A stretch of DNA of 32,000 bases from Guptibacillus hwajinpoensis (GCF_020524165.1 NZ_JAIVKU010000003.1:48135-80134); one strand, 5' to 3'. Shown: positions 16,414-26,540, counted from the first letter of the stretch. Notes: generated by a model from the letters alone, not told the origin. Numbers and translations: made by a program.

Positions 16414-18927
16414 ATGAAAGCTTTATTACGTAAGATTATACCGAATGGTAACGAGCGTCAGGTTAGCCGATTGCAAAAAATTGCCGATCAAGTGGAGACT
16501 TACTCAGATGAAATGAAACAGTTATCCGACGAACAGCTTCGTAACAAAACAGAAGAGTACAAAGAGCGAATTGAAAAGGGAGAAAAGCTCGATAAAATGT
16601 TACCGGAAGTGTATGCGACTGTACGAGAAGCGTCAGAACGTGTTCTTGGTATGCGCCCATTTCCAGTACAAATCATGGGAGCAGCCGCTCTACATGAAGG
16701 AAATATTGCGGAAATGAAAACAGGTGAAGGTAAAACACTTAGTGCAACAATGCCTGTTTATTTAAATGCATTAACTGGAAAAGGCGTTCACGTCATAACC
16801 GTTAACGAATATCTCGCGAAGCGTGATGCTGAAGAAATGGGAGAGCTTTACCATTTTCTTGGTTTAACAGTTGGACTAAACATTAGTGGACTTTCTAAAG
16901 AAGAAAAGGCCGAAGCATATGCTGCGGATATTACGTATGGAACAAACAATGAGTTTGGTTTTGACTATTTGCGTGACAACATGGTGCTCTATAAAGAAGA
17001 AATGGTGCAACGCCCTCTTCATTATTCCATTATTGATGAAGTGGACTCTGTTTTAATTGATGAAGCAAGAACACCGCTAATCATTTCTGGTAGCGCTGAG
17101 AAATCAACGACGCTATACATTCAAGCCAATCAATTTGTGCGAACGTTAAAAGAAGAAGACGACTACAATGTCGATATTAAAACAAAAAATGTTCAATTAA
17201 CGGAAGATGGCATTACAAAAGCAGAAAAATTCTTCTCCATTGAAAATCTTTATGATTATAAGCATGTTCAGTTAAACCACCATATTAACCAGGCGATGAA
17301 AGCGAACTTTATTATGCAACTGGATATGGACTACGTTGTTCAGGATGAAGAAGTGGTTATCGTTGATTCCTTTACTGGTCGTTTAATGGCAGGGCGTCGC
17401 TATAGTGATGGACTGCACCAGGCGATTGAAGCAAAAGAAGGCCTGGTCATTCAGCGTGAAAGTATGACGCTTGCAACGATTACTTTCCAGAACTACTTTA
17501 GAATGTATGAAAAGCTTTCAGGTATGACGGGTACAGCGAAAACAGAGGAAGAAGAATTCCGTAACATCTACAATATGAATGTTATTGCGATTCCGACGAA
17601 CAAACCGATTGCGCGAATGGATTATCCGGATCTTGTTTACAAATCAACTAATGGAAAATTCCAGGCTCTTGCTAGAGAAATTGAAGAGCGTCATAAAAAA
17701 GGACAACCCATTCTTGTAGGTACAGTAGCCGTTGAAACATCGGAATTAATCTCACAGTTCTTAAAGAAACGTGGCATTCCACATAACATCTTAAATGCGA
17801 AGAACCATGCTCGAGAAGCAGAAATTATCGAATCAGCAGGTCAAAAAGGTGCTGTTACGATCGCCACAAATATGGCAGGTCGAGGAACGGACATCAAGCT
17901 TGGTGCCGGCGTATTAGAACTTGGTGGTCTTTTCATTCTAGGTACTGAACGTCATGAAAGTCGAAGAATTGATAATCAGCTACGCGGACGGTCAGGTCGT
18001 CAAGGTGACCCTGGTGAATCACGTTTCTATATCTCGATGGAAGATGAACTGATGAGAAGGTTCGGTTCAGACAATATGATGAACATGATGAACCGCCTAG
18101 GAATGGAAGAGGACCAGCCGATTGAATCGAAGCTCGTATCAAGAGCAGTAGAGTCAGCACAAAAGCGTGTTGAAGGAAACAACTATGATGCACGTAAGCA
18201 ACTTCTTCAGTATGATGATGTGATGAGACAGCAGCGTGAAATCATTTATGCGCAGCGTGCAGAAGTACTCGAATCAGATAATCTACGTGAAATTGTCGAA
18301 ACAATGTTAACTTCTGTGATTACGCGTATTGTCGATGCTCATACAGGTGATGAGGACATTCAAGAAGAGTGGGATCACCAGGCAATTCTTGATCATGCCA
18401 AAGGAATTTTCCTTCAAGAAGGTCAAGTAACGGTGAAGGATATTAAAGGCCTTGATAAGGAAGAGATTGTTGAACTTCTCGTTGAGAAAATGAAAGTGAA
18501 CTACGATGAGAAAGAAGCGGCGTTTGAACCAGAACGCATGCGTGAATTTGAAAAAGTGATTCTTCTTCGCAGTGTGGATCGCAAGTGGATGGACCACATT
18601 GATGCGATGGATCAACTTCGACAAGGTATCCATCTAAGAGCATATGGACAAAATGATCCTCTGCGTGAATATCAATTTGAAGGATATGAAATGTTCGAAG
18701 ATATGGTTGCTGAGATTGAAGAAGAAGTAGCTACTTATATTATGAAAGCTCAAATTGAAAGCAATTTGAAGCGAGAAAAAGTAGCAGAAGGAAAGGCAGT
18801 TAATCCAAAAGAAGAGGGAAGTTCGAAGCCAAAACCTGTTAAGAAAAAACAGGACATTGGCAGAAATGACCCTTGTCCTTGCGGCAGTGGTAAGAAATAC
18901 AAGAATTGTCACGGCAAAGTAGAGTAA
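16414..18927 (+). CDS. secA: Preprotein translocase ATPase SecA
   Basis: 837 aa. MKTGEGKTL Walker [33 protein letters not shown], and the C-terminal zinc motif [14 protein letters not shown]. Confidence 0.98.
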   Translation: MKALLRKIIPNGNERQVSRLQKIADQVETYSDEMKQLSDEQLRNKTEEYKERIEKGEKLDKMLPEVYATVREASERVLGMRPFPVQIMGAAALHEGNIAEMKTGEGKTLSATMPVYLNALTGKGVHVITVNEYLAKRDAEEMGELYHFLGLTVGLNISGLSKEEKAEAYAADITYGTNNEFGFDYLRDNMVLYKEEMVQRPLHYSIIDEVDSVLIDEARTPLIISGSAEKSTTLYIQANQFVRTLKEEDDYNVDIKTKNVQLTEDGITKAEKFFSIENLYDYKHVQLNHHINQAMKANFIMQLDMDYVVQDEEVVIVDSFTGRLMAGRRYSDGLHQAIEAKEGLVIQRESMTLATITFQNYFRMYEKLSGMTGTAKTEEEEFRNIYNMNVIAIPTNKPIARMDYPDLVYKSTNGKFQALAREIEERHKKGQPILVGTVAVETSELISQFLKKRGIPHNILNAKNHAREAEIIESAGQKGAVTIATNMAGRGTDIKLGAGVLELGGLFILGTERHESRRIDNQLRGRSGRQGDPGESRFYISMEDELMRRFGSDNMMNMMNRLGMEEDQPIESKLVSRAVESAQKRVEGNNYDARKQLLQYDDVMRQQREIIYAQRAEVLESDNLREIVETMLTSVITRIVDAHTGDEDIQEEWDHQAILDHAKGIFLQEGQVTVKDIKGLDKEEIVELLVEKMKVNYDEKEAAFEPERMREFEKVILLRSVDRKWMDHIDAMDQLRQGIHLRAYGQNDPLREYQFEGYEMFEDMVAEIEEEVATYIMKAQIESNLKREKVAEGKAVNPKEEGSSKPKPVKKKQDIGRNDPCPCGSGKKYKNCHGKVE

Positions 18928-18932
18928 TGCCG

Positions 18933-18960
18933 GGCAGGTGTTCAAGGATGAACACCTGCC
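18933..18960 (+). terminator. Strong hairpin between secA and prfB (partial terminator or processing site)
   Basis: Perfect 12-bp stem: ggcaggtgttca (18933-18944) with tgaacacctgcc (18949-18960), loop agga. Only a weak T-run follows (tattct). Confidence 0.5.
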
Positions 18961-18997
18961 TATTCTATGTAAAATAATAAGGTAGAGGTGCAGATAA

Positions 18998-20108
18998 ATG
19001 GAAATGCATGAAATTCGTAGCGAATTAAACACAATTGAAACACGATTAAACGATTTTAGGGGGTCTCTTTGACCTCGAAAATAAGAGAGCTCGTATTGAT
19101 GAATTAGATATTCAGATGACAGATCCAGATTTCTGGAATGATCAGAACGCTGCTCAGAAGGTCATTAACGAATCCAATGCGTTAAAAGAAGCGGTGAATG
19201 AATTCGATTCACTTCAAGAAAGTTATGAGAACTTAGAAGTTTCATATGAATTAGTTAAGGAAGAGAATGATCAAGAGTTGTTTGAAGATCTTGAAGTTGA
19301 AATTAAAGATCTCAAAAAAGCGGTGAATCAATTTGAATTAACGCTCCTCTTAAGTGAAGAACACGATAAAAATAACGCCATTCTTGAATTACACCCGGGC
19401 GCTGGTGGTACAGAGTCTCAAGATTGGGCATCGATGCTGCTTCGAATGTATACCCGTTATGGAGAGAAAAAAGGATTTAAAGTAGAAACGCTTGATTATT
19501 TACCTGGCGATGAGGCCGGTGTGAAAAGCGTCACGCTAAACTTTAAAGGTCATAATGCATACGGGTATTTAAAAGCGGAAAAAGGCGTTCATCGCCTTGT
19601 GAGAATCTCGCCATTTGATTCAAGTGGTCGACGTCACACGTCGTTTGTATCCTGTGAAGTGATGCCTGAATTTAATGATGAAATTGAAATCGACATTCGG
19701 ACGGAAGATTTAAAGATTGATACGTATCGTGCCAGTGGAGCAGGTGGACAGCATATTAATACGACTGACTCTGCTGTTCGAATTACGCACCTTCCAACAA
19801 ATGTTGTCGTAAGCTGTCAGGGTGAACGTTCCCAAATTAAAAACCGTGAACAGGCCATGAAAATGTTAAAAGCGAAACTTTATCAATTGAAAATTGAGGA
19901 ACAAGAAGCGGAACTTGACGAAATCCGAGGCGAGCAGAAAGAAATCGGCTGGGGTAGTCAAATTCGTTCTTACGTTTTCCATCCATATAGTATGGTGAAA
20001 GACCACCGTACGAACATGGAGGTTGGGAATACTCAATCTGTTATGGATGGAGATCTAGATCCGTTTATTGATGCCTTCTTACGTTCTCGTTTAAATGAGC
20101 AAAATTAA
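18998..20108 (+). CDS. prfB: Peptide chain release factor 2, made by programmed +1 frameshift: join(18998..19069,19071..20108)
   Basis: Frame 0 reads [24 protein letters not shown], then TGA at 19070-19072. The +1 frame continues [24 protein letters not shown] and runs through the GGQ motif ([16 protein letters not shown]) to 20108. Confidence 0.95.
19058..19073 (+). promoter_or_regulatory. prfB +1 frameshift cassette
   Basis: An internal SD-like AGGGGG (19058-19063), then TCT, then the slippery CTT TGA C (19067-19073). This is the classic RF2 autoregulatory site. Confidence 0.9.
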
Positions 20109-20112
20109 GGAT

Positions 20113-20145
20113 AAGCCCTTCTGTTATATAGAAGGGCTTTTTCTA
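20113..20145 (+). terminator. Intrinsic terminator of prfB
   Basis: aagcccttc (20113-20121) pairs with gaagggctt (20131-20139), followed by a T-tract. Confidence 0.8.
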
Positions 20146-20246
20146 TTTCATGAGAGGATAGATGATCTTATGTTTTGAATGAAATAGGGCAAAATAAACC
20201 GGAAGACAGAAGCACTTCAACATGATAACGCGCTGCTACAATGCGG

Positions 20247-20275
20247 TTTACACCCTATAAACCCGGTGATATACT
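20247..20275 (+). promoter_or_regulatory. Sigma-A promoter of the YitT-family gene
   Basis: TTTACA (20247-20252), 17-nt spacer, TATACT (20270-20275). Confidence 0.55.
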
Positions 20276-20329
20276 ACGAAAGGCTTTTGCTTAGAAAGAA
20301 GCAGTGACGAAAATCATCGAAGTAAGTGA

Positions 20330-21214
20330 GTGAGTAGAGTTATGATAGCAACGTTAGCGAAATTTACAGCAAGAAAAGTTTCACCCTACCATAGGATTCT
20401 GGAATATCTAAGCGTTATGGTTGGATCAGCCATTGTAGCGATCGCCTTTAACCTTTTCTTACTTCCTAACAGCATTGCTTCCGGTGGAGTTAGTGGAATT
20501 AGTACGATTACAAAAGGCGTTTTTGATTGGAAGCCAGCTTATGTTCAGTGGGCTTTTAACATTCCACTGTTTATTAGCGGATTGATTTTTCTTGGGAAAA
20601 AGTATGGTCCAAAAACGTTGGTTGGAACACTTTTCCTCCCATTTGTCGTAAAGTTAACGGAAAATGTTGATCCTGCAACAACAGATCCCTTATTAGGTGC
20701 GCTGTTCGGTGGACTTGGTGTAGGGATCGGTCTAGGTATTGTTTTTAGAGGGAAGGCGTCTACAGGTGGTACCGATCTTGCCGCTCAAATTGTGAATAAG
20801 TATACGGGAGTCTCGCTCGGAACGTGTGTATTTATGATCGATGGCCTAATAGTCGTGGCCTCCGCCTTTGTTTTTAGCCTTGAAGAAGCACTTTACGCCT
20901 TAATAGCGATGTATCTAACAGGAAAAACCATTGATGTGGTTCAGCTAGGTCTTGGATATTCTAAAATGGCACTCATTATTTCTGACAAAGAAGAAGAATT
21001 GCGAGAAGGCATTATTACCGTCATTGATCGAGGAGTAACAAGAATATCGGGTCAAGGTGGTTATACGAACGATAAACGTCCTATTCTTATGGTTGTGGTG
21101 GCACAAAATGAAGTTACTAAATTAAAAGAACTCGTAAAAGGCGTTGATCCTTCCGCCTTTGTGATTGTCTCGAATGCGACAGAAGTATTAGGAGAAGGTT
21201 TTAAAAGAGAATGA
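20330..21214 (+). CDS. yvjA: YitT family membrane protein (with DUF2179-type C-domain)
   Basis: Multiple TM helices with the LLPNSIASGGVSGIS motif and a soluble C-terminal domain. Same position after prfB as B. subtilis yvjA. The start is uncertain (GTG 20330 or ATG 20342); both have weak RBSs. Confidence 0.8.
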   Translation: MSRVMIATLAKFTARKVSPYHRILEYLSVMVGSAIVAIAFNLFLLPNSIASGGVSGISTITKGVFDWKPAYVQWAFNIPLFISGLIFLGKKYGPKTLVGTLFLPFVVKLTENVDPATTDPLLGALFGGLGVGIGLGIVFRGKASTGGTDLAAQIVNKYTGVSLGTCVFMIDGLIVVASAFVFSLEEALYALIAMYLTGKTIDVVQLGLGYSKMALIISDKEEELREGIITVIDRGVTRISGQGGYTNDKRPILMVVVAQNEVTKLKELVKGVDPSAFVIVSNATEVLGEGFKRE

Positions 21215-21255
21215 GCGGGATATAGTATAGAAAATAAAGTTAAAGGGTGGAGTAA

Positions 21256-21633
21256 ATGAAGACATGGATAGGCATTTTATTTGCAGCTGTATTACTCTTT
21301 AGCCTGGTAGCATGTGGTGGAGGAAATAGTGAGAGTGAAAGCAATAATGAAGGTTCTTCCAATAGTACATCAAATGAAAGTACAGAAGAGTCGTCTGGTG
21401 ATTACGATGCAAAAGCGGCAGAAGCTACATATCAAACAAATTGCTTGAGCTGTCATGGTGAAAACCTTCAAGGAAAAGTAGGGCCTCAAATTTCAGACAT
21501 AGGATCTCGGTTATCTAAAGATGAAATACTAACTGTGATACAGAATGGGAAAGGTCAAATGCCGGGGAATATCTTGAGAGGCGATACAGAAAAAGAAGAA
21601 AATTTAGCAAGTTGGCTAGCGGATATGAAATAA
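21256..21633 (+). CDS. cccB: Lipoprotein cytochrome c551
   Basis: Lipobox LVAC, Ser/Asn/Glu-rich linker, heme-binding CLSCH, and a distal Met (GQMPG). Same position as cccB in B. subtilis. Confidence 0.88.
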   Translation: MKTWIGILFAAVLLFSLVACGGGNSESESNNEGSSNSTSNESTEESSGDYDAKAAEATYQTNCLSCHGENLQGKVGPQISDIGSRLSKDEILTVIQNGKGQMPGNILRGDTEKEENLASWLADMK

Positions 21634-21640
21634 TGTGAAG

Positions 21641-21665
21641 AAGCACTCGATCAGAGTGCTTTTTC
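21641..21665 (+). terminator. Intrinsic terminator of cccB
   Basis: aagcactc (21641-21648) pairs with gagtgctt (21654-21661), followed by a T-tract. Confidence 0.75.
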
Positions 21666-21795
21666 ATTTGGATTTGAGTTTTTTTGCAAATGAAAAGAAG
21701 GCAAGATTGTGTAACAATCTATAAAATGTTAATGGATTATTGCAGAAGATGTCATATAAGGGGATCTTGAAACAAAAATGTAATAAAAATTTGTC

Positions 21796-21823
21796 TTAAA
21801 ATAGCGAATTTGTTTGTTATAAT
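21796..21823 (+). promoter_or_regulatory. Candidate sigma-A promoter of ftsEX (extended -10)
   Basis: TTAAAA (21796-21801), 16-nt spacer ending in TGT, TATAAT (21818-21823). Would leave a roughly 95-nt leader. Confidence 0.45.
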
Positions 21824-21925
21824 ATCTTCAGATGTAAAGGAATTAATCAATATACGAACTATCAATAAGAACCTTACTCCTAAGAATTTGCATCGAGAAT
21901 TTAAGCAAGTAGGAAGTGGTACAAT

Positions 21926-22612
21926 TTGATCGAAATGAAAGATGTTTGGAAAACCTATAGCAATGGCATTAAAGCAATCAATGGAATCGATATTAAGATT
22001 AATAAAGGCGAGTTTGTTTACATAGTTGGGCCAAGTGGTGCCGGTAAGTCAACTTTTATGAGAATGATGTATCGGGAAGAAAAGGCTACAAGTGGAACAA
22101 TCATTATTAACGGTAAAGAACTTGGCAAGTTAAAGAACAAGCATGTACCTAAGCTACGCCGCGAAATCGGCGTTGTTTTTCAGGATTTTAAGCTTTTACC
22201 AAGGTTAACCGTTTATGAAAACGTCGCTTTTGCTCTTGAAGTCATCGAAGAAAGCAAAGCAAATACGCGCAAGCGAGTCATGGAAACGTTAAGTCTCGTT
22301 AATTTGAAAAACAAAGCAAGGTTCCTTCCTGATGAACTTTCTGGAGGAGAACAGCAGAGGGTTTCAATAGCAAGAGCGATCGTCAATAATCCTCACATTC
22401 TACTTACAGATGAACCAACAGGAAATCTGGATCCAGAAACAGCGTGGGGAATTATGGATTTACTTGATCAAATCAACAATCGCGGTACAACTGTTATTAT
22501 GGCAACCCATAATAAGGATATTGTGAATACATTCAGAAAACGTGTTATTGCAATTGATGGTGGTTTGGTAACCCGTGATGAAGCAAGAGGTGAATACGGG
22601 TATGAAAATTAA
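21926..22612 (+). CDS. ftsE: Cell-division ABC ATPase FtsE
   Basis: MIEMKDVWKTYSNGIKAINGIDIKINKGEFVYIVGPSGAGKST (Walker A), LSGGEQQRVSIARA (signature), LLTDEPTGNLD (Walker B). TTG start with an AGGAAGTGG RBS. Confidence 0.95.
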   Translation: MIEMKDVWKTYSNGIKAINGIDIKINKGEFVYIVGPSGAGKSTFMRMMYREEKATSGTIIINGKELGKLKNKHVPKLRREIGVVFQDFKLLPRLTVYENVAFALEVIEESKANTRKRVMETLSLVNLKNKARFLPDELSGGEQQRVSIARAIVNNPHILLTDEPTGNLDPETAWGIMDLLDQINNRGTTVIMATHNKDIVNTFRKRVIAIDGGLVTRDEARGEYGYEN

Positions 22613-23495
22613 AACATTTGGTCGTCACGGAAAAGAAGGCTTTAAAAATCTTGGACGAAATGGCTGGATGACATTCGCTTCCATTTCTGCCGTAACGGTT
22701 ACGCTCCTTCTTGTCGGGGTTTGTCTTGCGCTGCTTCTAAATTTAAATGCATTTGGGGATCAGCTTGAAAGCGATGTTGAAATCAGTGCATTTATTGATT
22801 TAACTGCGAAGCAAGATCAGCAGGATGAATTAAAGTCGAGAATTGAAAATATTTCTGAAGTTGAATCTGTTACCTATCAATCCAAAGAAGAAGGATTAGA
22901 TAATTTAATTGAGAACCTTGGGGATGATGGAGAAGTATTTGAGTCGCTGAAGGATGAGAATCCACTTAGTGATGCTTTTCTAGTTAAAACGAAAGATCCT
23001 CAGGATGTCACAGCGGTTGCTGAAGAAATTAAGCAGCTTGAAAACGTTCAGGATGTCGAATTCGCAGAAGATACGGTTAATCGACTTTTTAAAGTTCTTG
23101 AAATTGCACGAAATGTTGGACTAGCGCTTGTTGTTGGATTACTATTTACAGCCATGTTCCTCATTTCAAACACAATTAAACTAACAATTGTTGCCAGAAG
23201 TCATGAAATTGAAATTATGAAACTAGTAGGGGCGACCAATTGGTTCATTCGCTGGCCGTTTCTAGTAGAAGGGATTTTGATCGGTATCTTCGGATCCATT
23301 ATCCCAATTGGAATTCTTATATACGGTTATTATTATTTAATTGATCTAATAGCTAACCGTTTTCCGACTTTATTTATTGATTTACTACCGGTTACACCGT
23401 TTGTCTATCAGCTATCAGGGTTGTTAATTGTCCTTGGTGTAATTATCGGAGTGTGGGGAAGCCTCACATCAATGCGTAAATTTTTAAAAGTTTAA
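22602..23495 (+). CDS. ftsX: Cell-division ABC permease-like protein FtsX
   Basis: MKIKTFGRHGKEGFKNLGRNGWMTFASISAV, a large extracellular loop and 3 C-terminal TM helices. ATG 22602 overlaps the ftsE 3' end by 11 nt. Confidence 0.93.
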   Translation: MKIKTFGRHGKEGFKNLGRNGWMTFASISAVTVTLLLVGVCLALLLNLNAFGDQLESDVEISAFIDLTAKQDQQDELKSRIENISEVESVTYQSKEEGLDNLIENLGDDGEVFESLKDENPLSDAFLVKTKDPQDVTAVAEEIKQLENVQDVEFAEDTVNRLFKVLEIARNVGLALVVGLLFTAMFLISNTIKLTIVARSHEIEIMKLVGATNWFIRWPFLVEGILIGIFGSIIPIGILIYGYYYLIDLIANRFPTLFIDLLPVTPFVYQLSGLLIVLGVIIGVWGSLTSMRKFLKV

Positions 23496-23546
23496 ATCAA
23501 AGAATAAGAGATAAATAGTTTGATCTATTTGGGGGAGGAACAAAGA

Positions 23547-24902
23547 TTGAAGCATAAAATAATGGCAACGGCTCTAACACTAACGCTAGGATTAAGTGGA
23601 CTATCAACTGCAGCACTTCCACAAACAGCGAGTGCGGAAAATCTTGATGACCAACTTAATCATGTAAAAGAAAAGCAATCGTCAAATGAACAAGAGTTGA
23701 AGAAAAAAGAATCTGAACTAGCTGAAGTAAAAGCAGAGCAAGAAGACGTTCAAGCCGAAATTGAACAACTTAACAAAGAAGTAGCTGAAACAGACGATAA
23801 AATTACTGCAAAAGAAAAAGAAATCAAAGATACCAATGCTGAGATCGATCAACTGAAGGAAGATATCAAAGCATTAGAAGAGCGTATTGCTGAACGTGAT
23901 AAGTTACTTAAAGACCGCGTTCGTTCCATGCAACAAAACGGTGGCGGAACGGTTGACTATATGGAAGTTCTTCTTGGTGCAACGGACTTTGGAGATCTAG
24001 TTGAGCGCGTTCTTGCATTAAATACGATTGCTGATCAAGACAAGAAAATCCTTGAAGAGCACAAAGCGGATAAGGAAGCTGTAGAAGAAAAGAAAGCTCA
24101 AGTAGAAGAGAAATTAGCTTCTCTTGAAGAAAATAAAGCCGAGCTTGAGGATCTTAAACAAGAGCTTGATGCTAAAAAAGCACAAAAAGATAAGCTAATG
24201 AAGTCCCTTGAAGAAGAAGAAGGCGAACTTCATAATCATATGATGGATTTAAATGAAACAGCAGAGCTTCTTTCGGCGCAAGAAACAGCAGTGAAGCAAG
24301 AGATCAAACGTGCTGAAGAAGCAGCTCGTAAAGCAGAAGAAGAGCGTAAGGCTGCAGCTGCTAAAGCGGCAAGAGAAAAAGCCGAAGCTGAAGCGGCTGC
24401 TGCAGCAAAAGCGAAAAAAGAATCTACTTCAAGCAAGTCTAGTAGTTCAGCAAGCAGCTCGAACTCAGCGCCGGCACCGGCACCAGCACCAGCTCCTTCT
24501 AGTAGTAACGCATCATTCATTAAGCCTGCTGCTGGACCAATCACATCAGGATTAGGACGTCGCTGGGGAACTTTCCACGCAGGAATTGATATTGCACAAG
24601 GTGGTCAAAATCCAGTAGTAGCTGCTGCGGATGGAACGGTGTTAAGATCGTATAAATCAAATTCATACGGGAATGTTGTGTTCATCACACATAGCATTAA
24701 CGGACAAATGTACACAACGGTTTACGCTCATATGCAAAACCGCGCGGTATCAACTGGTCAGTCGGTAAGTCAGGGAACTTATCTAGGTACAATGGGAAAT
24801 ACTGGACATTCTACTGGACAACATCTACACTTTGAAATTCATAAAGGTTCATGGAACTCCAGCAAGTCAAATGCCGTTAACCCAATGAACTACATTCAAT
24901 AA
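23547..24902 (+). CDS. Secreted coiled-coil M23 (LytM-type) metallopeptidase, EnvC-like architecture with intact catalytic motifs
   Basis: TTG 23547 sits behind GGGGGAGG. Signal peptide ...ALPQTASA. About 250 aa of heptad-rich K/E/A sequence, then a Ser/Ala/Pro linker. M23 domain with HAGIDIA (HxxxD) and HLHFEIH (HxH). Confidence 0.88.
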   Translation: MKHKIMATALTLTLGLSGLSTAALPQTASAENLDDQLNHVKEKQSSNEQELKKKESELAEVKAEQEDVQAEIEQLNKEVAETDDKITAKEKEIKDTNAEIDQLKEDIKALEERIAERDKLLKDRVRSMQQNGGGTVDYMEVLLGATDFGDLVERVLALNTIADQDKKILEEHKADKEAVEEKKAQVEEKLASLEENKAELEDLKQELDAKKAQKDKLMKSLEEEEGELHNHMMDLNETAELLSAQETAVKQEIKRAEEAARKAEEERKAAAAKAAREKAEAEAAAAAKAKKESTSSKSSSSASSSNSAPAPAPAPAPSSSNASFIKPAAGPITSGLGRRWGTFHAGIDIAQGGQNPVVAAADGTVLRSYKSNSYGNVVFITHSINGQMYTTVYAHMQNRAVSTGQSVSQGTYLGTMGNTGHSTGQHLHFEIHKGSWNSSKSNAVNPMNYIQ

Positions 24903-24998
24903 ACTGAACCCTTTGTTTCAACCAATTTATTTCTTTCTCCTCGCATTCTGAGATGGAAACATAATGAAAACAACTGAATCATATAGTACAATAAGATG

Positions 24999-25036
24999 AA
25001 AAGGCATCGCATCGTTATGATGGGGTGCCTTTTCCT
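24999..25036 (+). terminator. Hairpin with a short T-run after the M23 gene
   Basis: aaaaggcatc (24999-25008) pairs with ggtgcctttt (25024-25033), one G-U. An inner catc/gatg extension is present. It ends 9 nt before the ctpB RBS. Confidence 0.55.
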
Positions 25037-25059
25037 TCAAATCAGAAGAGGTGAGTACA

Positions 25060-26505
25060 ATGAAGATACAGGGGAAAGTTGTCGCTTTGCTTGTCGTGAT
25101 CGCCCTGGTCATCGGTTCAGGTGGTACATATGCGGCATTTACGTTATTTCAGGACGAGCCTGAAGGAAGCGCTCAATCTTTAACTCTTGGATCAGGAAAT
25201 AAAATAGAGTCAGAAGAATTAACGAAAATTAATAAAGCTTATGAGTTGATCAAAGATCGCTACGTAAAGGATGTTGATCAAAAGGATCTGTTGGATGGAG
25301 CCATTAAAGGAATGGTCGATACGCTAGAAGATCCTTATTCTGTGTATATGGATCCTAAAACAGCCGAGCAATTTAGCCAATCGCTTGGTTCCTCTTTTGA
25401 AGGAATTGGGGCAGAGGTCAACATGACGGATGGAAGGGTTACGATTGTCTCTCCGTATAAAGATTCTCCTGCGGAGAAAGCAGGCCTGCGTCCGAAAGAC
25501 AAAATCATGACAATCGATGGCGAAAGCACTGAGGGGCTTGATTTATATGATGCGGTTTTAAAGATTCGTGGTGAAAAAGGAACGGTTGTTAAGCTAGGTG
25601 TTCAACGTCCTGGAGCTTCAGAGGTTATGACCGTGGAAGTAACGCGTGATGAGATTCCCATTGAAACGGTACATGCAAAAACAATCGAAGAAAACGGAAA
25701 GACAATCGGAGTCTTACAAGTAACGTCCTTTTCAGAAGATACGGCTAAAAGCTTTTCGAAAGAATTAGGAAAACTTGAAGATCAGGGGATCGACGGTCTT
25801 GTCCTCGATGTTCGTAATAACCCTGGTGGTCTTTTGAATGTCGTTTCAGATATGGCTGAGGAGCTTATTCCAAATGATAAGCCTTATGTCCAAATTGAAG
25901 ATCGTGAAGGTGAAAAGCAGGGATCAGTTTCGTCCCTTGAAGAGAAAAAAGACTATCCAATCGTAGGATTGATCGATCGTGGTAGTGCTTCAGCTGCAGA
26001 AATCCTTGCCGGTGCACTTAAGGAAGCAGGCGGCTATGATTTAGTCGGAGAAACGTCCTTTGGTAAAGGCACGGTTCAATCGACAGTCGATCTTGGAGAT
26101 GGCAGTAATATTAAACTCACCATGTTTAAATGGTTAACTCCAGACGGAAATTGGATCCATAAAGAAGGAATTGAGCCAACGGTTGAGGCGAAGCAGCCTG
26201 ATTATTTCTATGTCAATCCATTATCAGCTGAAAAAACACTAACGTTTGATCAAAACAACGAACAAGTGGAATCAGCACAAGTAATGCTAAAAGGCCTTGG
26301 ATTTGAACCAGGTCGTAAAGATGGTTACTTCAGTGAAAAAACAGTTACAGCTGTAAAAGCCTTTCAACGTTCGAATGATTTAAATGTGACGGGTAAAATA
26401 GACGAAAAAACAGCTCAAAAACTTCAGGAGAAGATCATAGAATCGATTCGTAATCCTGATAACGATGTGCAGCTCGAAACAGCTGTTGAACTTCTTACAA
26501 AATAA
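25060..26505 (+). CDS. ctpB: S41 carboxy-terminal processing protease with PDZ and C-terminal PG-binding domain
   Basis: N-terminal TM anchor. PDZ: GIGAEV...VSPYKDSPAEKAGLRPKDKIMTIDGES. Catalytic RGSASAAEI and SFGKGTVQ. C-terminal PG_binding_1-like KDGYFSEKTVTAVKAFQRSNDLNVTGKID. Position matches B. subtilis ctpB, but the A/B assignment rests on synteny only. Confidence 0.85.
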   Translation: MKIQGKVVALLVVIALVIGSGGTYAAFTLFQDEPEGSAQSLTLGSGNKIESEELTKINKAYELIKDRYVKDVDQKDLLDGAIKGMVDTLEDPYSVYMDPKTAEQFSQSLGSSFEGIGAEVNMTDGRVTIVSPYKDSPAEKAGLRPKDKIMTIDGESTEGLDLYDAVLKIRGEKGTVVKLGVQRPGASEVMTVEVTRDEIPIETVHAKTIEENGKTIGVLQVTSFSEDTAKSFSKELGKLEDQGIDGLVLDVRNNPGGLLNVVSDMAEELIPNDKPYVQIEDREGEKQGSVSSLEEKKDYPIVGLIDRGSASAAEILAGALKEAGGYDLVGETSFGKGTVQSTVDLGDGSNIKLTMFKWLTPDGNWIHKEGIEPTVEAKQPDYFYVNPLSAEKTLTFDQNNEQVESAQVMLKGLGFEPGRKDGYFSEKTVTAVKAFQRSNDLNVTGKIDEKTAQKLQEKIIESIRNPDNDVQLETAVELLTK

Positions 26506-26540
26506 TCGTAAGAAGGAATTGAACGGTTAATGTCGAAGCT

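Noticed and set aside
21690-21770. 26-codon Cys-rich ORF (MKRRQDCVTIYKMLMDYCRRCHIRGS) in the cccB-ftsE spacer
   Set aside because: There is no Shine-Dalgarno upstream (tttttttgcaa). It lies upstream of the best ftsE promoter candidate and is probably a chance ORF in AT-rich DNA.
24468-24497. GCACCGGCACCAGCACCAGCT repeat (an Ala-Pro run inside a Ser-rich tract) in the M23 gene
   Set aside because: This is an ordinary low-complexity interdomain linker, too short and irregular to be a meaningful tandem repeat or a contingency locus.
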